Assembly: GCA_028865725.1 (NCBI GenBank)
Contig: JAGWJP010000003.1
Coordinates: 65,697 to 129,696 of the forward strand
Length of the DNA stretch: 64,000 bases
Source: Patescibacteria group bacterium
GTDB taxonomy: Bacteria; Patescibacteriota; Minisyncoccia; UBA6257; JACRHW01
Direction: 5' to 3'
The notes below the pieces were generated by a model that saw only the letters and a list, made by a program, of their open reading frames with translations, was not told where the DNA came from and did no database searches. This document shows, one piece after another, positions 49,971 through 60,774 of this stretch. How positions within the stretch are numbered: the first letter of the stretch is position 1; every line of letters begins with the position of its first letter. Position numbers and translations under genes: made by a program.

Positions 49971-51277
49971 ATATAAAAAATGTTATACAAGAGAGCTATT
50001 TTCTGAGGAGGACTTATGTTTCTGATGGCATCGACAAGGCACTCGACAACCTGAGCAGTCACACGTCTGTACCCTATCGAGATTTTAAGTTTTCTTCGGG
50101 GACTGAGCATAACGGATGGGTTATTCCTAAAAAATGGGAAGTATATGAGGCAAAAATTTTGAAGGATGGAAAGGTGTTCTATGATGGAATGGCGCATCCT
50201 GCAGGTGTGATTACTCAATCATCTTCGTTTGAAGGTATTATTTCTAAGGATGAGCTTGTTGAACATTTGTATTATACTCCCTCACGTCCTCACGCAATCC
50301 CTCTACATTTCAGAATGCAATATCGCCCATGGGAATCGGGGTGGGGATTTTGTCTTCCTAAGGTGCTTTTTGATACCCTCCCTGAGGGGAACTACGAAGT
50401 GCGCTTGAAAACAGCATTGAGTCAAGGAGAAATGGTTGTGCGTGAATTTACTCTGCAAGGGGATTCAGATGAAACTATTATTTTTGTTGCTCATGATGAT
50501 CATCCTGGTCTTAGCAACAATGATATTGCAGGCTGTGCCGTAGGCATTGCATTCATAGAGGGAATTAAAAATCTTTTTCCAACGAGAAGATATACGTACA
50601 AACTTCTTCTTGGCCCCGAGATTACAAGTTCGGTATTTTACCTTTCTGCACTTAGTGAACATGAAAGAAAGAATATTAAATTTGCATTATTTCTGGAAGC
50701 GCTCGGCAATGATAATACGCTCAATCTTCAGAAATCGTTTTTAGGCGATACGTATATTGATCGGATCGCCGCGCTTGCGCTTCAAAACTATGAAGGATCC
50801 CGCCTGTGCGGTTTTCGTGAATCAATGGGAAATGATGAGATAGTTTTTGAAGCACCAGGGATAGAGATTCCAATGCCTTCTTTGTCACGGTGGCCCTATC
50901 CGGAATACAACTCAAGTGATGAGACCCTTGATATTATCTCCGAAGAAAAATTACAGGAGGCGTGCGCTTATCTTTTTGATCTAATTGGCATTGCCGAGCG
51001 GGATAGGGTGGTGCAGAGAAACTTTGATGGGCTCATCAGTCTTGCGAACCCGCGCTATGATCTTTATATTGATCCCGGACAGATTATTACAGGGGATTTG
51101 CATAAAAATATAGTTCAGGAACTTTTTCAATATAAATTGCCTCGTCTTCTCGATGGAACCAACACGATATCTGATATTGCTCGACAGTGTGGCGTAGATT
51201 TCAAATGGCTTTATGGGTACCTGAAAAACATGGAAGAAAAAAATCTAATTGTTTTTAACAATAAAAAAATAATATGA
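49967..51277 (+). CDS. hypothetical protein, DUF2172/DUF4910 aminopeptidase-like family (recalled association with glycan loci)
   Basis: 436 aa; HDDHPGLSNNDIAGCAVGIAF block resembles M28-like fold proteins; family assignment from memory, unverified. Confidence 0.55.
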   Translation: MNIKNVIQESYFLRRTYVSDGIDKALDNLSSHTSVPYRDFKFSSGTEHNGWVIPKKWEVYEAKILKDGKVFYDGMAHPAGVITQSSSFEGIISKDELVEHLYYTPSRPHAIPLHFRMQYRPWESGWGFCLPKVLFDTLPEGNYEVRLKTALSQGEMVVREFTLQGDSDETIIFVAHDDHPGLSNNDIAGCAVGIAFIEGIKNLFPTRRYTYKLLLGPEITSSVFYLSALSEHERKNIKFALFLEALGNDNTLNLQKSFLGDTYIDRIAALALQNYEGSRLCGFRESMGNDEIVFEAPGIEIPMPSLSRWPYPEYNSSDETLDIISEEKLQEACAYLFDLIGIAERDRVVQRNFDGLISLANPRYDLYIDPGQIITGDLHKNIVQELFQYKLPRLLDGTNTISDIARQCGVDFKWLYGYLKNMEEKNLIVFNNKKII

Positions 51278-52284
51278 AAACAAAATACGGTAAACCCATA
51301 GAGCCTAAACGATTTCAGGCCAACATTATTGCAGATACAAAGGGGTGGGCGCAGCGCATGAAGGAACGCGCAGAAGAATATGGGATACGTGCTGAGGAGT
51401 ATGTTTCCGCGTGTCCGGTATGCAAGTCTAAACAGTATATTTCTCTTGTGACGGTCTATGGGTTTGATTATGTTCAGTGTAAAAAATGTGCGCATGTGTT
51501 TTCGACAAAACGGTTATCTCAGGAACAGCTGAACACATTTTACAGAGACAGTGCGGAATACGCCAAACAGTATACTTCTGAGGATCAGCTTGCCTATCGC
51601 ATGCGACATATTTCTGGCCCCAAAATAAAGTATGCAATGTCATTTGTTCCCAAGGTAAAAAAGGGCACGTGGCTTGATGTGGGCTCCGCAGTGGGAGATG
51701 TTCTTCGATGCGTAGAATCATACCGCGGGTGGAAGGCGATAGGGCTTGAGGCAAGTGCATTGTCCGTAAAAACGGGACGAGAAGTTCTTAAGGTTGATGT
51801 GCGTCAGGAGCTTTTCCAAGATTTTGTACGCAAGAATAAAAATGAAAAATTTGATGTTATTTCGTTTTTTGGCTACTTGGAACTTATTACCGATCCGCTC
51901 AAAGAGCTTCGTCTTGCTCAGGGATTATTAAAAAAGAATGGGGTGCTTGTAATCGGTGAAGCGAATGGAAATTCGTTTTCTACGCTGCTTCAAAAAAGTT
52001 TTCCCGAATATTCTATGCGACACCTCCTCCCCCCACCAGTTATCCAGCAGTTTACTAAGCAATCGGCATGTGTTGCGCTTCAAAAAGCAGGATTTACACC
52101 AAGCGCATTTTGGAATTTTGGAATGGATTTTTATGAGTTTACTAAATATCTTGTTCTCTTAATTCCTCGATTTCAGGAAACATCGGTATATTCTTTTTTG
52201 ATGGATCACACTAATGAATTTCAGTCAGTCATTGATCAAGAGGAATATGGGGACTGTTTTATGATGATAGCAAAACGATCATAA
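51274..52284 (+). CDS. class I SAM-dependent methyltransferase with N-terminal zinc ribbon
   Basis: CPVCKS...CKKCAH; LDVGSAVGDV motif I. Confidence 0.75.
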   Translation: MKTKYGKPIEPKRFQANIIADTKGWAQRMKERAEEYGIRAEEYVSACPVCKSKQYISLVTVYGFDYVQCKKCAHVFSTKRLSQEQLNTFYRDSAEYAKQYTSEDQLAYRMRHISGPKIKYAMSFVPKVKKGTWLDVGSAVGDVLRCVESYRGWKAIGLEASALSVKTGREVLKVDVRQELFQDFVRKNKNEKFDVISFFGYLELITDPLKELRLAQGLLKKNGVLVIGEANGNSFSTLLQKSFPEYSMRHLLPPPVIQQFTKQSACVALQKAGFTPSAFWNFGMDFYEFTKYLVLLIPRFQETSVYSFLMDHTNEFQSVIDQEEYGDCFMMIAKRS

Positions 52285-52291
52285 CGCATTC

Positions 52292-53716
52292 ATGAAAAAT
52301 TGGTTGAGAAAAATTTTAGATAGGCCGACGCGGTTTACCAAACTACTTCAGCGCATATGTAAGCAGGATGTTTTGATTTTTGTAAATAATGGAAACCGTG
52401 ATGCGCTTGGTCTTGTGTCGGTGTACGCGTACCTTAAATATATACACCATCTGCGTGTGAAGATAAAATCGGTAATGTTTTTGGAGCGATTTTGGACGAT
52501 TCTTTTTCGTCCGCAGGTCACGGTGCACATCTCCGCAGATTCACCCGATTCGCTTATGATGTATCAAGAACTGCACGCGATGGGTTCTGCGTGCGTGATG
52601 TCTCTTACGGAAAATTTTGTGTGGACAAGCCCGATTCATTTTGTCAGCAAGTATGATTATAAGCCCTATCTTACCAAGATATTGCTTGCTGGTGCCGGCA
52701 TGGAAGATGTACTTGTTTCTCACCACAAAATTGATCCATCACAGGTTTCTCTCGTAGGGTTTCCGACGTTTGATTGGGGCATTTCTCCTCATAAAGACTG
52801 GTTTCTTAAGAAAAATGAATTTTGCGCGCGCCATCACTTTTCTCCGAATACGAAGATTATCGTGCTTGCTTCTTCTTTTAGTATGGCAGATATTGATATG
52901 CGCGAGTATGAAACAAAGTATTTCCACTGGAACCTCTCTAAAGAGGAAATGGCAGAACAGGTTTATGTTTCCGATCAGATGCGGGAAAAGACAATTCGTT
53001 ATTTTTCAGAATTGCTTTTACGACATCCTGATTGGATTCTTCTTGTACGCAAGCATCCCGTGGAACGCAGAAGGCGTTATGATGAGGCGTGGAGTAGAAA
53101 TCCGCAAGTGATTCCTGTCCACTATGATGAATTGTATGATATATTGAATATCTGTGATGTGCTGGTGCATTGGAATTCTACTACTTCAGTGCAGGCATGG
53201 AGTTTTGGAAAGCCCACGGTGCTTCTATGGTTTGAGGAATCCCGCCGTTTTGATGAACTTTATGGAGAACATATGGATAAGCAGTTTGCTGACCCAAAGA
53301 ATGGAAATTACATATGCCATACCGATAAGGATTTAGAACGCGCGTTAGAACATGCGGGAGGAGAGGTTCCGGAAATACAACGCAAGGCGCGAGAACAATT
53401 TATTGCGCAATGGTTTTATCGTCTTGATGGGCAATCAAGCGCTCGTGCGGCCTCAGTTCTCGCTCATGTGGGGATGGAACACAAGAATGATGATGTGACC
53501 TACGATATGACAACTCTCGATCTTCTACAAGGAATGCGTACGTATGTTCCCTATATGTTTAAACGATGCATTCTTTTCTGTTTTTCGCTTTCTTTGCCGC
53601 TTGCGCAATGGCTTGCGAGAACGATGGGAAGCTCTTATGATTCCTTTTATGTAGAGCGCCATCTCTGGCGTTTTGAAAAAAAATTGCGACATTCTTTACA
53701 TTCCACTACATTATGA
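52292..53716 (+). CDS. hypothetical protein (474 aa), possibly capsule/teichoic-acid-type polymer synthase-like (GT-B-like C-terminal half)
   Basis: No firm motif; ...WNSTTSVQAWSFGKPTV... resembles GT-B/CDP-glycerol glycerophosphotransferase-like C-domains. Confidence 0.5.
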   Translation: MKNWLRKILDRPTRFTKLLQRICKQDVLIFVNNGNRDALGLVSVYAYLKYIHHLRVKIKSVMFLERFWTILFRPQVTVHISADSPDSLMMYQELHAMGSACVMSLTENFVWTSPIHFVSKYDYKPYLTKILLAGAGMEDVLVSHHKIDPSQVSLVGFPTFDWGISPHKDWFLKKNEFCARHHFSPNTKIIVLASSFSMADIDMREYETKYFHWNLSKEEMAEQVYVSDQMREKTIRYFSELLLRHPDWILLVRKHPVERRRRYDEAWSRNPQVIPVHYDELYDILNICDVLVHWNSTTSVQAWSFGKPTVLLWFEESRRFDELYGEHMDKQFADPKNGNYICHTDKDLERALEHAGGEVPEIQRKAREQFIAQWFYRLDGQSSARAASVLAHVGMEHKNDDVTYDMTTLDLLQGMRTYVPYMFKRCILFCFSLSLPLAQWLARTMGSSYDSFYVERHLWRFEKKLRHSLHSTTL

Positions 53717-54450
53717 CCTTTATCTTATCTTTTTTTTCTTCTCTGTGGCATACCCATCTCAAACCGTTCTTGCAGCGATTGAATTTTCTTTACGCGCGCA
53801 TCTATCTTTTGAAAGGAACTTCATTTGAGCCAAAAGAAATATACCAATCGCGATTTGTGCATTTTAATCTGAAGCCTGGAGAAAAAGTTCTTGACGTAGG
53901 GAGCGGAGGTGAACCGTTTGCACAGGCGACACATCTTTGCGATTTATATCCGCAGAAAACCCAGCATCGCTATAACGAGTTGAAGACGAACGGTCTTCCG
54001 TTTACGCAGGCAAGCGTGGAAGATTTGCCGTTCAAGGATAAGGAATTTGATTTCGCGTATTGCGCGCACGTACTTGAGCATGTCGAAGATCCTGCAAAGG
54101 CATGTCGGGAGTTGATGCGTGTTGCGGGGAGAGGCTATATTGAAACCCCCACGCGCATCTCCGATATTATGTGCAATTTTACGCGTATTCCGAACTTTCA
54201 CCGATGGCACGTGACGCAGGTTGGTAATACGCTTATTTTTAATGAATATCAGTCGTATGAACAACGCGATATGGGAACTGATGAGTTCTACCACATGATT
54301 CATGCGAAGTATCCTAATCGAATTCAAACCATGTATCGGCGCAATAAAGATCTATTTTCGAATATGTTTTTGTGGGAGGGCGGGTTTAATTATTATGTGT
54401 TTAATCTACATGGAGAACTTGTATCTTCATTTCATTACCAAAAAAAATAA
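53713..54450 (+). CDS. class I SAM-dependent methyltransferase (Methyltransf_11-like)
   Basis: VLDVGSGGEPF motif I; FDFAYCAHVLEHVEDP. Confidence 0.8.
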   Translation: MTFILSFFSSLWHTHLKPFLQRLNFLYARIYLLKGTSFEPKEIYQSRFVHFNLKPGEKVLDVGSGGEPFAQATHLCDLYPQKTQHRYNELKTNGLPFTQASVEDLPFKDKEFDFAYCAHVLEHVEDPAKACRELMRVAGRGYIETPTRISDIMCNFTRIPNFHRWHVTQVGNTLIFNEYQSYEQRDMGTDEFYHMIHAKYPNRIQTMYRRNKDLFSNMFLWEGGFNYYVFNLHGELVSSFHYQKK

Positions 54451-55613
54451 TGTTTCCCAAGCTTTATCGCAAAATTGCGCTTCAGAGAAAGAAATATTTG
54501 TATGACAAGGCTTTTGGTGTTCTTCCTGAAGAATCGGGTCCTGATGAAACGCACCTGCACGGAGCGATCGAGTGGCTTTCTCGTGCACAGGATGTAACAG
54601 GTTCCGGTGGAATCGCTGCGGGTTATTTTATGCTGGAAAAAAGATGGGGATTGCCTTATCGTGAAACTACTGGATATAGCATTCCCACTTTTTTATCTTA
54701 CGCACGCTATATGCATAATGCGTTATACCGCAATCGCGCGATTGCGATGGGCGATTGGGAACTCGGTGTACAGTGTGATGACGGAGCATTCGGTGAGGTG
54801 TTTTCTGGTGGGGGTGTCGTTAAAAAAGTATTTAATACCGGACAGGTAATGCTTGGACTTTGTGCTCTTTTTGATGACACACGCTCCAAGTGTTATTTTG
54901 AGAGTGTGGTGCGTGCTGCAGATTGGCTCGTCGCCCTACAAGAACAAGATGGAAGATGGACCCGTTTTACAACTGCGGGCGCAAAGACATACCATGCTCG
55001 TGTTGCATGGGCATTGCTTGAAACATGGAAACGTTCAGGGGTGGTGCGTTATAAAGAAGCTGCCTTGAAACAATTGCGTTGGGTTCTTAGCGAACAGAAT
55101 GAACACGGGTGGTTTCGTACCACGAGTCTTACTGATCCCGAGAAGCCATGGACACACCTTCTCGGATATACAATAAGTGGATTATTTGAATCATCTCTTC
55201 TTCTTGAAGCTGAAGGGGAGGAATATTATGCGAGCGTTTCTTTGGCGTTAGAACGGCTCGCTGAGTGCTATGCAACGCAGTCTTTTTTGCTGCCCACTAC
55301 ATTTGATTCTCTTTGGAAGTCACAGGACAAAGACTCCTGTCTTACCGGAGATGCGCAAATAGGATTTTATTGGATGAAAAGCGATTTGTTTTCGCCTCAC
55401 GCGACATTGAACACTGCAGGGAAGAGAATGATCGAAGAATTAAAAAAAGTCCACCTCCTTTTTCAGGGACAACCGGAAATAGCAGGCGGAGTTTCAGGTT
55501 CATATCCTGTTGGCGGGCAGTATTGTCCGTATACCATGATTAATTGGGGAGCAAAGTTTTTTGCGGATTTTTTGTTATTACATATTACACACGACAATAA
55601 AATTATCTCATGA
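54450..55613 (+). CDS. hypothetical protein with alpha/alpha-toroid-like QxxDGxW repeats
   Basis: LQEQDGRWTRF, EQNEHGWFRTT motifs reminiscent of prenyltransferase/terpene-cyclase or glucuronyl C5-epimerase-like toroid repeats. Confidence 0.5.
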   Translation: MFPKLYRKIALQRKKYLYDKAFGVLPEESGPDETHLHGAIEWLSRAQDVTGSGGIAAGYFMLEKRWGLPYRETTGYSIPTFLSYARYMHNALYRNRAIAMGDWELGVQCDDGAFGEVFSGGGVVKKVFNTGQVMLGLCALFDDTRSKCYFESVVRAADWLVALQEQDGRWTRFTTAGAKTYHARVAWALLETWKRSGVVRYKEAALKQLRWVLSEQNEHGWFRTTSLTDPEKPWTHLLGYTISGLFESSLLLEAEGEEYYASVSLALERLAECYATQSFLLPTTFDSLWKSQDKDSCLTGDAQIGFYWMKSDLFSPHATLNTAGKRMIEELKKVHLLFQGQPEIAGGVSGSYPVGGQYCPYTMINWGAKFFADFLLLHITHDNKIIS

Positions 55614-56320
55614 CTATTACTATGGTTCCCTATTTGCAGTCTGTGAAAAAAAAATTAAGCCGCATGCGTGCTCAAGTAAGAAGGCGGTTTCAAGAATGGC
55701 ATGCCCACATGATGGGTATCAAGTTTACGGACCCAAATTATATGTATAAAAACACCCTTAATGAAAAGAGTGTTGTCATTGATGTGGGGTGTGGATATGA
55801 TGCTGATTTTTCTGTCCATGTCATTGAAACATATGGGGCAACCTGCTATGCCATAGATCCTACGCAAAAACATCGGGAACATCTTAAAAAGTTAGAAGAA
55901 AAGTATAAAGGAAAGTTTTTTCATATTCCGGTAGCGGTTGCGGCATGCAATGAAAATCTTACTTTTTATGAAAGCGAGGAAAATGTGAGCGGTTCCATTC
56001 GAAATGACCATGTTAATGTAAAAAATGATACTGTACGCGCATATATGGTAGAAGCGCTTACTCCTATGGCGCTTCTTGAAAGAATAGGCATCCATGGAGC
56101 TGATTATTTGAAGCTTGATCTTGAGGGGGCGGAATATGATTTAATTCGGAATATAGCTCTTCGCCAATTTGATCCTTTTTCACAGATATTAGTCGAATTT
56201 CATAGCCATTGTGTTGATGCTTATACTGATAACGATACTATGGATACCGCACAACGTATTATGGATTACGGATTTAAGTCGTTTAGCTTTGATAATCATA
56301 ATTTTTTATTTTTTAGATAA
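55610..56320 (+). CDS. FkbM-family methyltransferase
   Basis: VIDVGCGYDADFS..., LKLDLEGAEYDLI (FkbM signature). Confidence 0.8.
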   Translation: MTITMVPYLQSVKKKLSRMRAQVRRRFQEWHAHMMGIKFTDPNYMYKNTLNEKSVVIDVGCGYDADFSVHVIETYGATCYAIDPTQKHREHLKKLEEKYKGKFFHIPVAVAACNENLTFYESEENVSGSIRNDHVNVKNDTVRAYMVEALTPMALLERIGIHGADYLKLDLEGAEYDLIRNIALRQFDPFSQILVEFHSHCVDAYTDNDTMDTAQRIMDYGFKSFSFDNHNFLFFR

Positions 56321-56329
56321 TATTATTGT

Positions 56330-57508
56330 ATGAATAGGGAACGAACGATCAATGTCGTGGTAGATCAGAGCGTTATTCCGCACTATCGAATACCTTTTTT
56401 CCAAAAACTTTCTGAAAAGGTGAATCTTATTGTCCTTGCTAATGAAGATATAAGTGGTCATGGCATTAAAGATATACAGGAAAATCTTCCTTTCCGGACG
56501 CTGCGTCTTAAGGAGGAAGTTCCTGGCTCCGGTGTGCATATCGGTCTTTTTGATATATTTCAGAAAGAATGTACTGACGTGTATGTGACGAATGGAGCCC
56601 TTTTGAGTACGCTTCTTTTTAAATCAGTTTCTTATAAAAAAATGAGAGATGCGGGGGTGGGAATTGTGTGGATGGGATGCGACGGATATCGTGTAAGAAA
56701 TTTTGGATATGAAAAAATGAGGCGTCTTTTTCCTTGGAATATCAAGGATACTTATCGCTGGTTTCGTGAGTGGATTACCGCGATGAGAACCGACACATTT
56801 GTGACGTATTCCTCGCATACCGCGTTATATCTCGAACGTGTTTTAGGGATATCTCCTCGCCGTATCACTGTTGGATACAACGCGATTGATACCGAGGGCC
56901 TTTCTCGTGCGTATCTCGAATTACAAGCACAAGGTAGGGTGCGGAAAAAGAATCGCATTGCATATGTCGGAAGATTAATTCCAGAAAAGCGCGTTGACCT
57001 TCTTTTTAGTGCATTTGCGCGCATCCTCCATGATTATCCCGATGCTGAATTGATAGTAATTGGCGAGGGCCCCGAAAAGAGGGTATTGGAGGAATTCGCG
57101 CAGAACCTTTCTCTTCAAAACAACATTTTGTTTTGTGGCGGTATTTATTCTGATCAAGAAATGGCTCATTATCTCTATGAGGCTTCCTTGTTAGTTTTGC
57201 CCGGACTTGGCGGGCTTGCTCTCAATACTGGCATGGCAATGGGGCTTCCTATCATATGCGCACATGGAGATGGTACTGAAGAAGATTTTGTTCTTTCAGG
57301 TCAGAACGGATGGCGTTTTGATGGGACCGAGGAAGGGCTTGTACGGTCTTTGCGCGAGGCATTTTCTGATTCGGAACGTAGGGAGAAAATGGGAAAAAAG
57401 TCATTTCATATGATTCGCGATTACTATAACCTTGAACGAATGGTTGAGGGATACCTACGAGGAATTCAAATTGCGTTTTATGCAAAAGAAAAAAGAAAAT
57501 CTCTATGA
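56330..57508 (+). CDS. glycosyltransferase family 4 (GT-B, Glycos_transf_1)
   Basis: RIAYVGRLIPEKR...E(x7)E region LPGLGGLALNTGMAMGLPIICAHGDGTEED. Confidence 0.85.
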   Translation: MNRERTINVVVDQSVIPHYRIPFFQKLSEKVNLIVLANEDISGHGIKDIQENLPFRTLRLKEEVPGSGVHIGLFDIFQKECTDVYVTNGALLSTLLFKSVSYKKMRDAGVGIVWMGCDGYRVRNFGYEKMRRLFPWNIKDTYRWFREWITAMRTDTFVTYSSHTALYLERVLGISPRRITVGYNAIDTEGLSRAYLELQAQGRVRKKNRIAYVGRLIPEKRVDLLFSAFARILHDYPDAELIVIGEGPEKRVLEEFAQNLSLQNNILFCGGIYSDQEMAHYLYEASLLVLPGLGGLALNTGMAMGLPIICAHGDGTEEDFVLSGQNGWRFDGTEEGLVRSLREAFSDSERREKMGKKSFHMIRDYYNLERMVEGYLRGIQIAFYAKEKRKSL

Positions 57509-58749
57509 AAAAAGAACTACTGAGAAAAAAAATAGTCGTGGTGGGAATGGGATACATTGGTTTTCCTACTGCAGTGCTTTTTGCAAAGGCGGGGTTTGTC
57601 GTGTGCGGTGTTGATATCGATTCAAAAAAAATTGATATGTTATCTCGCGGAATTTCTCCTTTTGAAGAGCCTGGACTGAATGAAGCATTTCGTCTTGCAA
57701 AAAATAGGATGACGTTTTCAACAGAAATCGAGAGTGGGGATGTCTATATTATTGCAGTTCCCACCCCTCTCGATACAAAAAGACACAAGGCGGATCTTTC
57801 GTTTGTGAAAGCGGCTTCTCATTCTGTTGCCTCAGTGCTTACTGAGGGCGCTCTTGTGGTACTTGAATCAACTGTGCCTCCAGGAACTGCAGAAAAGCTT
57901 TGTCATCCCATCTTTCAAAAAAAGACAAACCGATATTATTTGGCACATGCTCCTGAGCGGGCATTTCCCCAAAAAACACTTTTTGAAATGGTACAGAATG
58001 ACAGAATCATCGGAGGTTCTACCAAAGACGCAGGGGAGTATGCAAAAAAGATATATGGTTCTTTTGTCAAAGGATCCATCATTCTTACCGATGCTACTAC
58101 CGCTGAATTTGTGAAAGTTTTAGAAAACAGTTTTCGAGATGTAAATATCGCTTTTGCAAATGAAGTGGCAAAGGTGTGTGAGGGGATTGGTGTCAATGTG
58201 TGGGAAGCTATTAGTCTTGCAAACCGCCATCCTCGCGTGAATATTTTAAATCCTGGTCCTGGTGTAGGAGGACATTGCATCGCTGTTGATCCATGGTTTT
58301 TACTTGAAGGAGGTGTTCCCTCGCGTTTTATCAAACTTGCGCGTGAAATTAATGATGCTGCTCCTGATCGCGTAGTGCGTATGATCCAACAAAGCGTGAA
58401 AGGGATCAATAACCCCGTGATTGGCATTTTGGGGGTGGCCTATAAAAAAAATATTGATGATAGCAGAGAAACGCCCGCCAAACATATTATTGAAACACTG
58501 AAAAAAAGGGGATACGCCGTATATATCCACGATCCCTTTGTTAAAAAATTTGATGTTCCATTAGATTCGTTACAGTCGACGCTCTCCAAGAGCAACTGTC
58601 TTGTTCTCGTTACTGATCATGATAACTATCGAAAACTGGATTTTAAAAATTACAAGAATATAACACATATTGTGGATACAAGAAATTTTTTTCATAATGT
58701 ACCGCCCCATATCAGGCTCATTACATTAGGCACGCCATTTCATTTATGA
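57505..58749 (+). CDS. UDP-sugar dehydrogenase (UDP-ManNAc/UDP-Glc/GDP-Man dehydrogenase family)
   Basis: KKIVVVGMGYIGFPTAVLFA Rossmann; catalytic GPGVGGHCI. Confidence 0.88.
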   Translation: MKKELLRKKIVVVGMGYIGFPTAVLFAKAGFVVCGVDIDSKKIDMLSRGISPFEEPGLNEAFRLAKNRMTFSTEIESGDVYIIAVPTPLDTKRHKADLSFVKAASHSVASVLTEGALVVLESTVPPGTAEKLCHPIFQKKTNRYYLAHAPERAFPQKTLFEMVQNDRIIGGSTKDAGEYAKKIYGSFVKGSIILTDATTAEFVKVLENSFRDVNIAFANEVAKVCEGIGVNVWEAISLANRHPRVNILNPGPGVGGHCIAVDPWFLLEGGVPSRFIKLAREINDAAPDRVVRMIQQSVKGINNPVIGILGVAYKKNIDDSRETPAKHIIETLKKRGYAVYIHDPFVKKFDVPLDSLQSTLSKSNCLVLVTDHDNYRKLDFKNYKNITHIVDTRNFFHNVPPHIRLITLGTPFHL

Positions 58750-59939
58750 ATATTCTTCAGATAGGAACAATTGATAATGCGGGCGGTGCGGCTCGCGTAT
58801 CTTGGAACTTGAAGACTTCTCTCGAAAAGAAGGGGCATACCACCTCGATGTTTGTGGCCTGGAAGTACTCAAAGGATGAGAATGTATTTTCGATTCCGCG
58901 CTATCCTCAGCAGGAACGTATCAGCAAGATTTTTGCAAATGATATCGATTTGTACGCTACTGATTATATTTTAGAAACTGATGCGTTTTTGAACGCGGAT
59001 ATTGTACATTGCCATAATCTTCACGGGTACTATTTTAATTTAGGAACTCTCGTGAAAATGGCAAAGAAGAAACCCGTCGTATGGACCCTGCATGATATGT
59101 GGGCGATTACGCCCCACTGTGCGCACGCATTTGATGGCGCGCTGCGCGATGGATTTTTTACGTGTCCGAGCATTGATATCTATCCCCAGATTTATTGGAA
59201 TAATGCAGGGTATCTTAAAAAAAGAAAAGCATCGCTGTATCGTACACTGGGGGTTCACCTCGCGGTTCCTTCGCGGTGGCTTAAGGAAAAAGTTTCCAAA
59301 AGTATTTTGCATGATAAGCCCGCCTCGCTTATTTACAATGGCATTGATACGGATATTTTCGTGCGTAAGGAAAAAAGTGATGCGCGGAAAGAACTTGAAT
59401 TGCCTGCACGCAAAAAAATAATCTTATTTCTTGCTTCAGGGGGAAAGAATGACCCTAAAAAAGGATGGCGTTATGCAGAAGAAGCGATGCGTTATTACGA
59501 ACATGATCCTGATATTTTATTTTTGTGCATAGGAGGTTCTGAAGAAGATCGTGCAGGCTCAAATGAGCATATTCGATTTATTCCTCGCGTTGATCATGAT
59601 GAGATGCTTGCATCATATTATTCCGCATCCGATGTGTTTTTATTTACGTCAGTTGCTGAAAATTTTCCCCTCGTTGTTTTAGAAGCAATGAGTTGCGGTT
59701 TGCCGATTGTGAGTTTTGATGTAGGCGGCGTGAAGGAGGCTGTTCTCCATAAAGAGAACGGGTTCATTGCACCATATCAAAAGATCGAGGATCTTATGGA
59801 AGGAATTCATTACGTGTTAGGATTGAGTACTCATGAGCGCGAGACGATGGCCGCAGCATCGTTCAAGCGCGTGCGGAACTATTTCACCCTAGATCGCATG
59901 GTCGATGAGTACTTAGCACTCTATTCCTCATTGTTATGA
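58746..59939 (+). CDS. glycosyltransferase family 4
   Basis: C-terminal Glycos_transf_1 region FTSVAENFPLVVLEAMSCGLPIVSFDVGG. Confidence 0.85.
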   Translation: MNILQIGTIDNAGGAARVSWNLKTSLEKKGHTTSMFVAWKYSKDENVFSIPRYPQQERISKIFANDIDLYATDYILETDAFLNADIVHCHNLHGYYFNLGTLVKMAKKKPVVWTLHDMWAITPHCAHAFDGALRDGFFTCPSIDIYPQIYWNNAGYLKKRKASLYRTLGVHLAVPSRWLKEKVSKSILHDKPASLIYNGIDTDIFVRKEKSDARKELELPARKKIILFLASGGKNDPKKGWRYAEEAMRYYEHDPDILFLCIGGSEEDRAGSNEHIRFIPRVDHDEMLASYYSASDVFLFTSVAENFPLVVLEAMSCGLPIVSFDVGGVKEAVLHKENGFIAPYQKIEDLMEGIHYVLGLSTHERETMAAASFKRVRNYFTLDRMVDEYLALYSSLL

Positions 59940-60763
59940 ACACTCCAAAGATTTCCATTGTGACGGCTTCATTTAATTCGATAGATTATATTGAAAATGC
60001 GATTCAAAGCGTACTCGGCCAAGATTATCCCTATATTGAATATATTGTAAGGGATGGCGGATCAACCGATGGGACGCTTGAGATTTTGAAAAAATATGAA
60101 GGGAAGTTGCGATGGGTTTCGGAGCCGGACAAAGGAATTTACGATGCGCTCAATAAAGGATTTGCCCAAGCATCTGGTGATGTATTTACGTGGCTTGATT
60201 CAGATAATTGTTATGAAACACACGAGGTCATTTCGCGCGTTGCAGATGCATTTCGGGGAGGAAAAAAAGCAGACATTGTTCTTACCAATGGGATGCTGCA
60301 CTATCCTGATCATGGCGAATCTGTACTTGTAGATTCACCTGTGCTCTCATTTAATGAGTTACTCGTACATGGAAACGCCTTTATGCCGGAGAGCGTATTT
60401 TATACGCGGGAACTTTTTCAAAGAGCTGGTGCGTTAAACCTTTCTTACCGTCTTATTGCTGATTATGAATTGTGGCTTAAAATGTGGAAGTTGAACCCAA
60501 CCATAGTGAAACTGCCGTTTGTAAGCGCAGTATACACGGTAAGAAATGAGGCGTTGTTGCGCAAGAATCCATTTCTTGCGTGGCAGGAAACTTTTCGAAT
60601 AGGAGCATATTATCGCCGTCCTCTTACGGCCCGCATGCGCATACGTGCCCAATATGTCTGGGAACGTGTTAAGTTCCCATTCTATAAATTTCTTATGTCA
60701 CAACCTGTGCTCTACGCGTTCTATAAAAATTCAGTACGCCGTTTTCTTAAGAATATATATTAA
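59936..60763 (+). CDS. glycosyltransferase family 2
   Basis: ISIVTASFNSIDYIENAI...YIVRDGGSTDGT; WLDSDN (DxD). Confidence 0.85.
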   Translation: MNTPKISIVTASFNSIDYIENAIQSVLGQDYPYIEYIVRDGGSTDGTLEILKKYEGKLRWVSEPDKGIYDALNKGFAQASGDVFTWLDSDNCYETHEVISRVADAFRGGKKADIVLTNGMLHYPDHGESVLVDSPVLSFNELLVHGNAFMPESVFYTRELFQRAGALNLSYRLIADYELWLKMWKLNPTIVKLPFVSAVYTVRNEALLRKNPFLAWQETFRIGAYYRRPLTARMRIRAQYVWERVKFPFYKFLMSQPVLYAFYKNSVRRFLKNIY

Positions 60764-60774
60764 AAACTCTCTCA

